64,000 bases of DNA from Vicugna vicugna (GCA_013265495.1 MU058198.1:5223779-5287778), one strand, 5' to 3'; positions 47,331 to 60,199 are shown, counted from the stretch's first letter. Translations and numbers: made by a program. The notes: a model not told the origin generated them from the letters alone.

Positions 47331-48329
47331 TGTGCACAGAAGCAGTGGACAGGAAAGGGATTCCTAGGACAGTATCTGAACCATTTATGGGGGCTCATGA
47401 CCCGTGTTTGGATCCTTAACATTCTCTTGGGGCAAAGACAAGAAACTCAAGCACTTCCTTGTCTTCACTGTTTGGCTGACAAAGGGTTTTTCAGACTCCT
47501 CAAAAAACCTGGCTCAGTGGTACCCACAGATTCCTGGCTTGTCCTTGTCTGTTTCAGCTCTGGACTCCTCCAAGTCCTCAGGCTGAGGGTCTCTGACAGT
47601 GCAACAGGGCAATTCAGGATGAGGGGCAATGGGCACTGATGCTGTCCAGTCAATGGCGGAGGCTGGTTTTATATGAGTTCTGTGACCAGGTCGGTGGCAG
47701 AGCAGTGCCCTGTGTTCTGCTCCTGTGGGTCACTGGTGAATGACTGAGGTCTGGCTTTTCTGAGACACTGGTCAGGTCCACTGAGCAGCTCGGCACAGTA
47801 ATGGAAATAATAAACATCCTTTGTTTTTAGGGCTTCTGAGGTGTGTCTAGATGCGCTCTGGGAAGCAGAGTAGGAGCAGGTGGGGCGGGCGGGTAGAGGG
47901 ATTTCAAGGGATTTCAAGCTGTGAGTGTAGCCGCGGGAACCCCCCAGGTAGAAGTGAGTGAAGAGGAGCTCCTGGAGAGAGGGATGCTCAGAGACCGCAG
48001 GGAAGAGGGGCAGGCTGGGAGCACTGCTGTGGGAGTTGGATAAGGACACCAAAGCGCTCTGAGGTGGCAGACAGACAGCTGGAGGCAGATCTTGGAATAG
48101 AAGTAACAGGAATTGAAAAAAAAAATAGAAATAAGTCATGCTCAAAAAAAAAAAATAATAAGGCAGCAGCTGTGGGAAAGATCCTGGGACCATCTTCGTG
48201 ATTCTCATCTGTCTCTCCGGTCCCCACAGCCCAAGAGACGGCAGCTGTGAACAAGTCAGGCCCAAGAGTGCGTCTTCGCAATTCCTCCGGGAAAGCCCCA
48301 TGTCAGAGCTCCCCTTGGAACTGCGAGGC

Positions 48330-49290
48330 CAGTGGACCAGCCGGGTGTCTCAGCCGCTGCTGCAGCGTCCTCTGCCTCCTTGTCACCTCACCTCCTCGTC
48401 ACTGCCTTATCTTCAACGAGGACTCGGACTTCTGCTCCCCAGCCTCCCCCTCCACTCCTAGCCCCACCTTCACTGCAGTGGGCTCAGCCAGCCAGCCAGC
48501 CAGCATCCTACAGGTCACTGCTCCAGCCAGTCCAGGAGCTTCGGAGATCTTTGCATCTTATGTGAAAAAAATGGGAATGTGGCATTTCCGCAGGGAAACA
48601 GCCTGGGATTTGTATAAGATTGTCAAAGAGTTGCAAGGTCTCCATTTCCCCTGTAAAGAATTTTTGCTGCCCTAATCCTCAATCTCTAAACCCTTCCCTT
48701 CTTCAGTGACCTTGACCTTCACTCCCCCTTCTCTGTGGACTTGCCATCGTCCCCACCACCTGCCCCACCCCTGAAATAGTGGCCTCTAACTTCCTTGACC
48801 ACAGCCTTTTGTCCAAACAGCTTCCTCACTTCTTCGTGCTAACCCTGCTTCGCCAGCTGTTTGAAAGCTTTTATGACCCTCCCCTCTTTCGTCTCCTGAC
48901 CTGGCTTCCTACTGCGTTCAGCTTGGACCCCAAGAGCACTCACTTAACCACCTTCTCCCTGGCCTCTTCAATTTCCCACATTCCTTGTCTTTGTTGTAGA
49001 CCTTCAAGTGCATCTGAGAATGCGGGATGCTGCCCCCACCACCCACCAAGTTTACAGGGGAGAGTTTTACCCAGGCACCCAGGGCATCTCAGGAATCCCA
49101 TTCTTGACCTGGGCCATCTTGCCTTCTTACTTACCCCGGGAAAATCCTCCAAAATTTAGCCACCTGTCCTCAAATCCCCTTCCATGGTCCTCCAGCCAAC
49201 CCCTTCTCAGGGAATGGCCTCTCTACTTACAAGAAAAGAAAGGCTCGTAGGTATAAACGCTCTCAACTTCCTGCTTGCTGTGCTGATAGA
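48330..49290 (+). mobile_element. L2 ORF2 endonuclease-region fossil
   Basis: Peptide LVTSPPRHCLIFNED...STPSPTFTAVG aligns by eye with L2 endonuclease VIYRPPGHSSSFLED...STPTPAIILG; pyrimidine-rich L2-like sequence continues from 48680. Confidence 0.55.
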
Positions 49291-50399
49291 AGCCTTCCTT
49301 TGACAGGTGGAAACAGGATTAGAGAATAAAAATGCCCTCCCCAGACATCTTTAGCTTGCTGGTGGCTTGAGAATATTTGATTTTCTCATGCCGTCTAGAA
49401 ATGCTTTGTTCTTTCTGTTTATTATAATTCTTATTATTAGCAGTATACAGGCAGTCGTAAGTAGCCTTTATTTTCATTAAAACGACATGTATTGAGTAAC
49501 TCCTAGGAACCACACATACTGGATAATAAAACAGGTCTGCAGGTGCTGGGGTAAACGTACTGGTGTATTGCTCCTAACAAGCAGTCACTGTTCCCAAGCA
49601 CGCATGCGCCACACAACTACACGTGTTCCAACGGGCTCGCACGCACATGCACAGAGCATGCGTGTCTGCAGAAGCACCGGCCAGCCGCAGGTGTGGGGTC
49701 AGCGCAGGTGCGCGTGCACGTACGACCGCCCACTGCTTTCGTCCAGATCTATGGGCCGCCGGTCTCCAGACGCCCGCCTCCCACTGCCGGCGAGCGCACA
49801 CCACCCGCGAATGGAGTAGCACGATGAGCTGCGCTTAACAGGCCCATTAATTCATTAGGCACTCACTTAAGACGGTGACACCACATTAGAGCAAATGGCT
49901 TCTGAGAATTACCATCGGCCCAGATGGGAGGCTGCCAAGGGCCGCGTCCGTGGGCCCTTGGTCAGTGTCTCTGCCCGGTGCAGTTGCAAAATTAGTGTGG
50001 GGTTTATTTATGGGCCAGTTACCCTCTCCCAGAGACCCCATTTGGCCCCTGGGATAATGAGATGGGTCTTCAGGGACCATCAGTCTCTCCCCTACAGTTG
50101 AGGGCAGCTCTGAGGAGCCCGGCCTCTTAAGTGGCTGGTGATGGAGAGGGGATGGGGCCGACTTCAGCACACCCATTTATTTCTCCAGGAGCCGAAATGC
50201 TCAGTGGCCCCTCCCTTCTTCTCCCGGCAGGACCTCTCCTTCCTTGGCTAACATATTTGCAGGTTGAGCAAGACTCTGTCTCAGGCAGTCAAACGGTTTG
50301 TGGCTCAGCTCTGCTGAGCAACCTTAGGTAAGTGGCCCAACCTTTCTGAGCCTCGGTTTTCTCTGCTGTTAACTGAAGTTGTACACATGATACAATTTG

Positions 50400-51050
50400 A
50401 CATCAACTGAAGGCCAGCTCTGTGCCCAGCACTGAGCTAGCTTCTAGGCTAGGAGTGGGGATAGAATCAGGTTAAGTCTCTGGTTTCAAGAAAATGACAA
50501 AAAAAAAAACCCTCAGTGAATCACTCTAATGAATGCACAAGTCATGCTGGGAAAGCAAGAAGCAGGGTCACATGACAAGGGGCCATGTCCTTGTCTAGGG
50601 GCTCAGAGAGGGACAGCTGGCCTCACTGAGGGCGAGGTAGCGGGGTGAGTGTACCAGGCAGAAGTCCTGGTACCCGGCGGGCACATGGCGTGTTGCAGGG
50701 CCTGGAAGACACCCAGGAGGACTGGCACACTGGAGAGGAAGGCTGGGGACGTAGGCGGGGGGTGGGTCCTCCAGGAATTTGCACCAGGAGACCTTGCCAG
50801 GATTTGACCTTTATCTTAAGAAAAATGGAAAGCTGTCAAAGGTTGTAAGCAGAAGAAAGAGCCGCCCCCATCTGCATTTTGGAGAGATCCCTCTGGCCGC
50901 GGCACAGGTCCTAAACCGGAGGGAAACCAGAGAGGATGGAAGAGACTGATTAAAAGGCGATTTATGGAAATGATGGAAGCGTGTCCTAGGGTGGGAGCGG
51001 AGGATGCAGTGAGAGCAGGGATTACGTGATGCATCGAGGAGCATCTGGGC
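50400..51050 (-). mobile_element. L2 3' region
   Basis: TCTGTGCCCAGCACTGAGCTAG ... GGATTTGACCTTTATCTTAAGAAAAATGGAAAGCTGTCAAAGGTTGTAAGCAG. Confidence 0.7.
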
Positions 51051-51579
51051 AGGGAGCAGAGGAAGCCGTCAGTAGCAATGCCTGTATTTCCTGCTCGCAC
51101 CTCCCAACGCCACTTCAGGAGGAAATAAAGCCATGCATGACAGGCGTCTGGCACACGGTAGGTGCCCAATAAAGGCCAGGAGCGCTTTGCCATCTGATTC
51201 CCCCTGATTCTTTCACAGCCACTGAGAGCTGGGGCTCCAACCCCTTCACCTTATTCTGGAATGTTCTAACCTTATCATCACTTTCCAATTCGGCACTGGA
51301 GCGCCAACAGGTGGTCTGGGCTTGGCGGGGCTGCCAGGGAGAAGCCAGGCACGGCTCGCTGCTGGGAGCAGGTCTGCTGGGAAGCTCCCTGGTGGGCTGG
51401 GCTGCCCCTTGTCCTCCTGATGTGTCTGCCCAGGAGAGCAGCTGCTTCATTGAGAAAGATGAGGAAACTTGACAGGCAGGCGAGGGAAGGAAACAGAAAA
51501 CAGAATAGAGTGGAAGACAGAATCGCATTTGTGGGTGGAGGAAACTGCGTCCCCTCTTCCACGGGTCTATGATTGTGGG

Positions 51580-51890
51580 TGATCTGTAAGCCCCAGTTTT
51601 CTCATCTGTAAAATGGGGTTAGCGATAGTTCTTGCATAAGAGTTCCACTGTGAGAGTAAATGAGAGTCTCTGATGGAAAAAAAAGGTTTATAAAACGTAA
51701 TACAGCAAGGGAATAATTCACGTGTAAGTAGCCCAGTAGGGTGGATTGGAATGCAGTCCAATCTAGGATCAAACCCAAATTCTACCACTTCTGAATCATG
51801 TGATGGAAAAGGGAAGTGAGAAACTAACTTCTCTTCACCTTAGTGTGTCCTTGTCCACAAATAGGAATTATAAGATGTAACTAACAGACT
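51580..51890 (+). mobile_element. Two adjacent MIR fragments
   Basis: CCCCAGTTTTCTCATCTGTAAAATGGGG; CTAGGATCAAACCCAAATTCTACCACTT. Confidence 0.7.
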
Positions 51891-52349
51891 TAAAAGAGAA
51901 CACAGTGTAAGTCCCTGACCTCTTGAACCCTATTATTTCGAGACAGAGAGAAAGGAATAAACGTAAGGGTCCAAGATGATTTTACAGAGTGATGAGAGCT
52001 CTGAAGAAAGTGAAACAGTGTCTGGAGAGAGAGGGATGGTGTGGTCACGGGATTAGGGGCAGGGCTCCCTGTGGACATGACCCTGGAGCCCAGATCTGAA
52101 CCGTAAGAAAAGATAATGACTCAGGGATGTGGGGAGATGATTGTCAGTCCAGCTGCTCATTACCATCACCTGACAATCACCTCCAGCCCAGCTGAAATGT
52201 CATTCTCGGGGAGTAAGGCTTGAACATACGCATTCTCAATGCGCCAGGCGATTCTGGTGCAGGATGAAAGCTGGGGATGACTAAACACCTACCCTGTGCG
52301 CGATGACGTATCTAAGGTGTCGGATAGTTCCCAACACCTTGTAGCATCT

Positions 52350-52739
52350 TGTGTCAGTCCACGGGGCCTGCATTAACAAAACATACACACTCGGGGGCTT
52401 AACGAATAGAAATTCATTTTCTCACAGTTCTGGAGGCTGGAAGTCTGAGATCAAAGCACCAGCAGGATCGGTTCCCCTTGAGGCCTCTCTGGCTTGCAGA
52501 AGGCAGCCTTCTCCCCGTGTCGTCACGTGGGCGTCCCTTGGTCTGTGTTGTCTGTGTCCTAATCTCCCCTTATAAAAACTCTATCGTCGCACTGGATTAG
52601 GACCTGCCCATATGAACTTACTCCGCCTTCATTACCTGCTTATTGGTCCTGTCTCCAAATACAGTCACATTTGAGGAACTAGGGATTAGAATTTCAACAT
52701 ATAAATTTGGGGGGTGGGCCCACAATTCAGATCATAACA
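52350..52739 (-). mobile_element. MLT1B-type MaLR solo LTR, TSD CATCT/CACCT
   Basis: TTCTCACAGTTCTGGAGGCTGGAAGTCTGAGATCAA ... TCTCCAAATACAGTCACATT ... CACAATTCAGATCATAACA. Confidence 0.9.
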
Positions 52740-54629
52740 CACCTAATTCATGCAAGTTTCTTTCTTGACCCTAATCTTCCAGTTGACTCTTTGGTCTCCC
52801 AGTTTTAACACTCCTCACTCCCCTCCGTGAGGTTCTGAGCACACTTTTCGTTATCAGATCATTAGGTCCTGGGAGATCGAACTGAAAAACTTCCAAATAA
52901 GGGCCTTGTTTAAAGCCCTTATTTTCTAGGTGGGGACTGGGTGGTTAAAAGGGGAAGAAATGAGCTCCACGCCTCACAGCTAAGTGGCTCAGAAGTAGGT
53001 CAGGGCTCCCAGTGTTCCTGCTGCTGCCACTTCCCTTCTCCTGCCTTTCACCCCGGTTTTGCCACTCATTGTGTGACTCTGGGAAAGTTAGGCCATGACA
53101 TTGAATGCTAGCTCCACAAATAAGAGATAATAAAAACCAAATGGTCGTGAGACATGCGTGCCACAGGGAGAAGGCTTCGCACAGTAACCAGCACAGGGGT
53201 TAGGCTGAGCTGGGACTGGAACGGCAGGGTCACAGGGATGGTCGCCATCCTTTCATGGAGGACAGTCTTTCCCACAAGTCCGCAGCAACGCTCCTCTTTC
53301 ATCTAATTGGCTCATTGCAAGCCTACCCTGAGACAATCTACCAACCACGGCTTGCCCTGATTGGCTCAGAGAGATGGTGTGTTCCCTGGAGCTGGGGACT
53401 TGGCAACTCCATCAGACTCAGGCTTCTTGAAACAGCAAAGAAACAGGACTGGTGTCAAGTAGGCACCATCACACTTTGCCACCTTCTCCTGATTATTACT
53501 TCAGGTTTTCTACGAAATGTGAATTTGTCTGCAATCACATCAGTGCCACTCATCTAAACGTCTTCCCATTTACTCCACTTTGCCTGGAAATGCGCTCCTT
53601 TTCCTATCACCATCCACCTGCCTTCCACCCAGGTTCTGTTCTCTAATTGTGTACTTTTTCTTTTTCTGGAGCCACGATGGCCTCTTCTGTGGCAGGCGGG
53701 CCTGAGGATGCTGTCGGAGGGAAGATACTAAATATGGACCAACACTGACTCACACGGGCCGTGTCTCAAGTTGTCCGTCTGCATTCCTCTCCCATCAGTC
53801 CCTCTTCCTAAATTGTTTAGGAGCCTCTATTTCACGATCCCAACAGGAATGATTTTTGATTTTAAGAAGCACAATCCTCTCTTGGTATCATCAGCCTAAA
53901 AATTCTGAACAATCTAGGGCTGATTCTGGGGTAGTTTTGAGTAGGTTAGCAGGGGATTTCCCGAGAGCTGGAGTTCAGTGTAGTCTTTTAGGAGAATCTT
54001 AATACTGCAATAAGGATGGACTGACGTCGCATCAACTTCAATTCTCATTACAATAAAAGAATCAGTGTGGTATTAGAATTTGACTGCCTGCACTGCTTGG
54101 TGATTTACAGGGAGGTCTAATACGATTTCCCACACTATATTCTGTTTAGATTGGCAGGTTTCTCTGGGCGTTTCTCAACAGACAGATAAAGGCCTAGACA
54201 GGGGATTAGCTCTCTTGGAAGCTAAGGGAGGAGGTGATAGGGGGGTGTCTGTAGCTTGTGGGGATGGATGCTGACGGAAGAGCCCAGAAGGAGTGAAACG
54301 TTCACAGCGTGCAGAATACCAAGGACTTAGAGACCCCATTATAGGGCACGGCCCCACCCTGCGGAGTGGCCGCCCCTGGAGGTTCGGGACAGGAACCACC
54401 AGAACAGAGAGACTAACGGGTCTCCTCTTGGGACGACATCATAAGGAGAAATAAATCACAGCAAATCACGCTTGAGGGAATCCGTCATCTTTTCTCTTGA
54501 GGAAAGTCCTCAGATTCAGATTTAAGGCATATGCATTGGACAGCGGCAACTCCGAGGACTCCCAACGCTCATTATCCATCCCAGACTCCCACAGCCCTGC
54601 TGGATAAACTATCACAATTATCCTCCCCG

Positions 54630-55018
54630 TCACCAGTACTGTTTTGGACAGACTCTGAAATGGAGAATTGCATGCCGAAGGCTTACCCTCGGGGTTGCTG
54701 AGGACGTACATGTAAGGAAGCCGGGGCGCCGGCAGGACTGGGCAGAAAGGAAAGCCGACGTGCCACCGGGCTGCAGGTGAGGGCTCGGAAGCTCCCACGG
54801 GGAACTCAGCAGTGGGACGGCCTTCAGAGTGATCCCCACCTGACACAAGACGAGTGCACACCAGCCACTCGTGGGCTGGGGCCACCCCAGAGAAGGGGCA
54901 TAATCTTGCAGGCAGTTGGTTCCCTGGTGCAGAGGGCAGAGCGATTAACAGCCAATATTCCCAGCCCCTGCAGGAAGAGTGCGTCAGCCCTGGAGAGGGG
55001 ATTTGGCAGAACATCACA
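54630..55018 (-). mobile_element. LTR16-type ERVL solo LTR
   Basis: CAGACTCTGAAATGGAGAATTGCATG ... GCAGGACTGGGCAGAAAGGAAAG ... GGCCTTCAGAGTGATCCC ... GGGGATTTGGCAGAACATCACA. Confidence 0.75.
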
Positions 55019-56084
55019 CTTTTCATCCGTGAGTAATCAATTCAATGATTACCATTGAATTAATCAGTTCAATGATTACCAATGATGAGCATCATCATTA
55101 TCATTTAGCAGAAGAGGCTCAAGAGAATTAAGCAACTTATCCAAGGTCGTATAGTTGGTAACTGGACCCCCAGTTCCTCTGGTTCCTAGGTCCATATGCT
55201 TTCTCTTCCATTCCTACTTCCTCAGCCTCCCTTCACTTCCCTCAAGAATCCAGCTAAGGATGAAGGATGGAGAGGCAGAGCATGAAGGAGTGGGAGGCTC
55301 TCAATCCAAGAAACAGAAACTCTGGTGGAAGCTGTCTGGGAACACCTTTCCAGCGCTGGGTGACTTAGCTGCCACTGATAGCAAGGGAGACTGGGAGCAT
55401 GAGCATCTGGTGTTTTGCTCTCTAAGATGAGAAATGGGTTCTTCCAGCAAAAAAGGAGCCGAGACTGGTTCTTGTGTATTCTGCCACCATGTGACCATGA
55501 CATTGAAGCCACGGCTGGTTTCTCATGCAGATGCCCAGAGATGGTGTTCATGCCTCATGCCCCTCCTGGAAGAATAAGTGACAGCCTCGGGTGAGGACTG
55601 TTGTCAGGGGGTCCGGGTCAGGGTCACTGGTTCAGCAGCATCACTCGGTGGGGGAAGGGGTGGGGCTGAGCATTTTAAGGGACAACACACTTTGACCTCT
55701 TCGTCTGTGTGTTCCCTGGTCTTGTCTGACTGCTGCTTTCTCCGGTGGCTGTTTGCCGGAGCCGTAACAATTCTATGTGTTATCTTGAGTGACTACTTAA
55801 AAGGCTCCGATTTTAGAAAATGTGCTCAGAGGTGATGACCCATTATCTCCCAGTTCCCCTTGAAGCTATGCCTCCCCCACCCAAGCATATCCCCCTTTTC
55901 TCCCCTTCTCAGAAGGGGGGGCTTGGGCCAGATCAGGGATGAGGAGAAAGGTTGAACTGCTGATGCATTTCCATCTCCCTTACAAGTGAGAAAGGAGTTT
56001 TGTGCCTGGCCCATGAGTGCAGGTATAATGATGAGGAAATAATAACTTTAGCTTCTGTCTACCCAACATCTCTTTTCGTACTTG

Positions 56085-56255
56085 AACATCAGTCTTCAGC
56101 CTTGGCAAGGCATTGGAATCACCGGGGATATTTTAAAAGATTCTAATATTCATGCTCAAATTAAAATTTCTGAAGGTGAGGGCCAGACATCAGGACATTT
56201 TTGGAAGGTTCTCAGTGATTCAGGCGTGCAGAAAAGCTTTGAGAATCGCTGCACT
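56085..56255. mobile_element. MER5B-type MITE
   Basis: CATTGGAATCACCGGGGATATTTTAAA ... GTGATTCAGGCGTGCAGAAAAGCTTTGAGAATCGCTG. Confidence 0.75.
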
Positions 56256-56450
56256 AGGCAGTGTTCTAAAAGCTTTAGATACACGACCACTTTTAATCCT
56301 CACAACCTCCCGTTAAAGGAAGGCACCAATTGTACCCCCATTCACAGATGAATGGACTGGGGTTCAGAGGGGTTAAGCCATCAGCTACGGGTTACGTAGT
56401 TCACAGGGAGCCCTGCTGGGACTGACTGACTCTGGGGCCCCGCTCTCCAT
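56255..56450 (-). mobile_element. MIR SINE
   Basis: TTTAATCCTCACAACCTCCC ... CCCCATTCACAGATGAATGGACTGGGGTTCAGAGGGGTTAAG. Confidence 0.8.
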
Positions 56451-56899
56451 CACTTGATGAGGCTGCATCTACAGCAAACAGGTTGTTCTGCGCCTGACAG
56501 CGGGGGTGAGGATGCAGCAGGCTTCGGCTGACGACACCCAGGATTGCTCCCAAATGGTGTTCCCCTGGCTTTGTCTGGGGAAACCTAATTGCTGCAATTG
56601 TGTTATAAAATTATTGCTTTACCCACGCAACTGGGCCAGCGCGACCGCTTGTCTATTCCTGTGGCTGTCCCAGATTATTAAAGGAGCAGCTGCCTCCAAA
56701 TATGTTTGCAGCCGCCTAATTCAGTGGCAGCGTGTGCGTGCATATTCACGGCTCCCAACCCACAGCCCAGGCTTGCAGGACTCCTCCAACGGGGCTCTAA
56801 AAGTTCATTCATCTTGACGATTGAAATAAGTTCGCTTCCACTGGCTTTAGTGACTCCTCCAGATTTCAGCGAGTCCCTTGGCAGAAAGGAAAGTCAGGG

Positions 56900-57130
56900 A
56901 TGGGGGTAGAGCGAGAAGTGTCTGCTGGGGCTCTCAACTGACAGGCTGTGTGGCCCTGAGTAAGTTCTTAACCTCTCTGAGCTTCAGTTTTCTTATTCTA
57001 AAAAGAGAACAATAGTAGTGCCTCCCTCAGGGTGGTTGGGAGGATTAAATAAAGTAACGCAAGAGAAGCACTTAGGGCAGAGCCTGACACGTGATACACA
57101 GAAAATAACCATAAAGGTGAACTGTCCTTG
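56900..57130 (+). mobile_element. MIR SINE
   Basis: TAAGTTCTTAACCTCTCTGAGCTTCAGTTTTCTTATT ... GGGAGGATTAAAT. Confidence 0.85.
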
Positions 57131-58252
57131 TTATGATGCTGAATTCTGCTGAGTTCTGTCGCCTTGCTGCCAAGTTTGCGGGGCACAGACATTACCTACT
57201 TTTTTTTCTTTTTAAATTACCAGCCCTACACTTATTTCCTGATGTTCCCTCTCTCTATAGCTAAACACACCTGGGGATGCTCCAGATGTTTGGAGTGGCA
57301 GGAGCACCCCCCCCCTCACCTGCAGCACCGCCGGCTGGGCTCTCAGCCTGGGGAAACCACGTTGCTCCAAAGACAACAGGGAGCCGCTGGAGGCCAGGAA
57401 GGGCGGGGCTGAGCAGGGCAGGAGGAGAGGAAGGAATCGCCTCTGAGTGTCCGCCTTGCCTTCTGCTTTTCCTTGGGAGAATCATAAATTACCTCCCTTT
57501 ACTTGTTCACCACTGTCCCGTGGAAATTACACTCACAGCCTGTACCTTCAGTCCTGTATACGGTTTGGTTTAAGCTGGGATTTTTTTCTTCACTCTGATA
57601 AATAGGACACTTTAATAACATACACAGCATGACAAAGAGTTGGGAGAAGATACACATGGCTCTCCAGGTGTCGGATTCCCAGGCGCTCTGACAGGATCTT
57701 GTCACAGTTCTCTCCTGGAGAGTGACTCGTGCGTATGGAGGAAGGAGTCTGTGTCTCTGCTCCCCCAGGGCCTGAGAAAGCTGGAGCGGGTGCTGAATTT
57801 CGGGAAGCGGAACTCCTGGAGGAAGGGATGGAAGGCCAGGAGGCAGGCAGGAATGAGCGCCAAGTCTACTCCTGTGTGGAGGGGAACATGTGGCCCCACA
57901 GGGGACAGCCCGGACCCAGCGACTGTCCTTGAAGCTCTTCTTGCTCCATTCTGTCAGGGCTCTGTGTCTTTGCTGCCAGAGATAACAGGGTGATGAAGTG
58001 TTCCCAATCCATCAAGTGTCGGCGCACCCCTGCAAGGGGCTGATGTCATTCTTTTTAGAGGGGCGGGATTTTGCCCTCTGCTGTCTGCAGAGGTCTTTGA
58101 CATTAACAAGCATGGGTTGGCTCTTGCCCGGTGCCAGGTTCTGTAGGCGAGGCAGAGATGAGCGAGATCCAGCCGCTGCCCTTGAAGAGCTCACAAACCA
58201 GCAGGAAGACAGATGCGAGCTCCAGCAGTCAGAGTTCAACAATAATGGCCAT

Positions 58253-58606
58253 TAATCTAAAAAAAAAAAAAAAGATACAAATTTGATTTACAAACCAGAA
58301 ATAGACTCACGGACATAGGAAACAAACTGTGGTTACCAGGTGGGAAGGGGTGGGTCGGGGGAGGAATAGATTAGGAGTTTGGGATCAACAGAAATACGTT
58401 ACTGTATATAAAATAGATAAACAATAAGGACCTCCTGTATAGCACAGGGAACTATATTCAATTTCTTGTAATGAGTCGGAAAAGAAACTAGAAATATATG
58501 TATGTATATATGTATATGTATAACGGATTTGCTTTGCTGCACACCTGAAACTAACATTGTAAATTGACTACACTTCAATTCAAAAAAAAGAATTAAAAAA
58601 AAAAAC
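58253..58606 (+). mobile_element. Artiodactyl-type L1 3' UTR, 5'-truncated, TSD CA(A/G)TAATGGCCAT
   Basis: TTTACAAACCAGAAATAGACTCACGGACATAG ... CTGTATAGCACAGGGAACTATATTCAA ... A-rich tail; TSD at 58240-58252 and 58607-58619. Confidence 0.92.
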
Positions 58607-58664
58607 CAGTAATGGCCATCGCACGTTGAGTGCTTACCTAAATTTCGACACCACAGCCTCATTC

Positions 58665-59270
58665 ATGTATTTACTAATTATTACTCCAGTGCCAAGGATG
58701 TGCCAAGAGCTCTTTGCTTCTAGGGCTTGGAATACAATAGTGAACCACACTATGGTCCCCTAACTTCATAGAGTTTATATAACCATTAGTTGAGGAGAGA
58801 AAGAAACAGAAAATAGAGAGACAAAGGAGGATTTCATATATCTGGAGGTAAATAACTTAAAATGCAAGGGAAGTGGAGAGGGATTTGAGTGACATTTTAT
58901 GGCGAGTAGGTCTGAGACAGTCTCTCCAATGAGTGAATGAACTAAAAGGTAGTGATCAGGATATGTAGGGGAAGAACTCTGCAGGTTGAGGACTCAGCAG
59001 GTGTAAAGGCCCTGGGGCATGTTTGGATGGTCCAAAGAACACAGCCAGGAGGCCAGTGGACTAAAGCTAAGTGAGAGAGAGAGAATGATGGGAAATGAGA
59101 TCAGAGAAGTCTTCTAGTCCAAGGATTTGGGATTTAATTCTGAGGACAATGGAAAGTTTGGAGAATTTCAAAACAGAGGAGTCACATTAAATTTTTATAA
59201 AATTACAGTGGCCACAGTGTGGAGGGTGGACTGTAGGGTCAAAGGTAGAAACTGGGGACCAGTTAGTGGG
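58665..59270 (-). mobile_element. L2 3' region
   Basis: CAGCAGGTGTAAAGGCCCTGGGGCATGTTTGG ... GGAGGCCAGTGGAC ... TTTGGGATTTAATTCTGAG. Confidence 0.8.
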
Positions 59271-60199
59271 CCCTAAGGGGCAGGCATTATTCTTGCTAAT
59301 GTGTAGATAGAAAAGCTGAGACTTGAAGCTAATGTCACCCAGGACGAGAGGGCAGAGCTGCAGGTAGGACCCATGTTTCCTAACTCCTAGTCATCTTTTC
59401 TTTTTCCACATGATGGAGAGAGCAAAGAGAAAATCTTTCCTCTCTTCAGCCACTTCTGACCTTCTTATTTACCTTATTCCCAAGAGTCAGAGAGGCAGTG
59501 TCCTTCAGCCCTCAGCGCTATCTCAGCCATCAAACCTGGACAAGGGACGCTTTGGCTGAGGCGAGGGCAGGGGAGGCTGGGGGCATATGGCTCTTCACGA
59601 TTCAGAAGTTGACATCCGCTCAGCTGCTTGCATGCTGCACCGAATCTCAACGTGAACAGATTGAAAATCACCCTGTTACTTTACAGGAACAGCAGTTTAA
59701 TAAGATTAGGAGGAGCTAAGAACACTTGTTACATCGGAGGCATTGATTTGAAAAGCTCAGCTTGTGGCTGAGAATTTGTGAGGAAATTCTGAAATCAGCA
59801 AGTGGAGGACACAGAGTCCAAGCCCCCGACTTTGACCAGGTCAAGGCCAAATCCACTAGTCTTAGAAGAAAAGCCAGTTGCCTTTCATATAGAAGACCTT
59901 GTCCTTGGGGACTAGTCACAGAACCACATAGTTATTTATATTGAGAAGTTATACTAAGTGTCATATCTGATCTATTGAGCTCTGAATCCAAAAGTATTTA
60001 GTGTGACTTGAATTTGAATCAAAGACTGTCGATTTGAATAAATTGTGTCAGATGGAAGTTCATTAACCTGGGCCAATGAGAGATGAACACGGTGAGGATT
60101 TGTGCATGAACACATCTGAGACTGTTACCTAGCTATGACATGGCCCACTAGGGCATCCCAGGGACTGTGGTCAACTCTGGCTTTGTCAGGCTCTGGTAT

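Noticed and set aside
47669..48301. Longest ORF (210 aa, minus strand)
   Set aside because: Low-complexity Phe/Leu runs come from poly-A tracts; no recognisable domain; chance ORF in GC-rich DNA.
54466..55026. 186-aa ORF
   Set aside because: Lies mostly within an LTR16-type solo LTR; no protein family recognisable.
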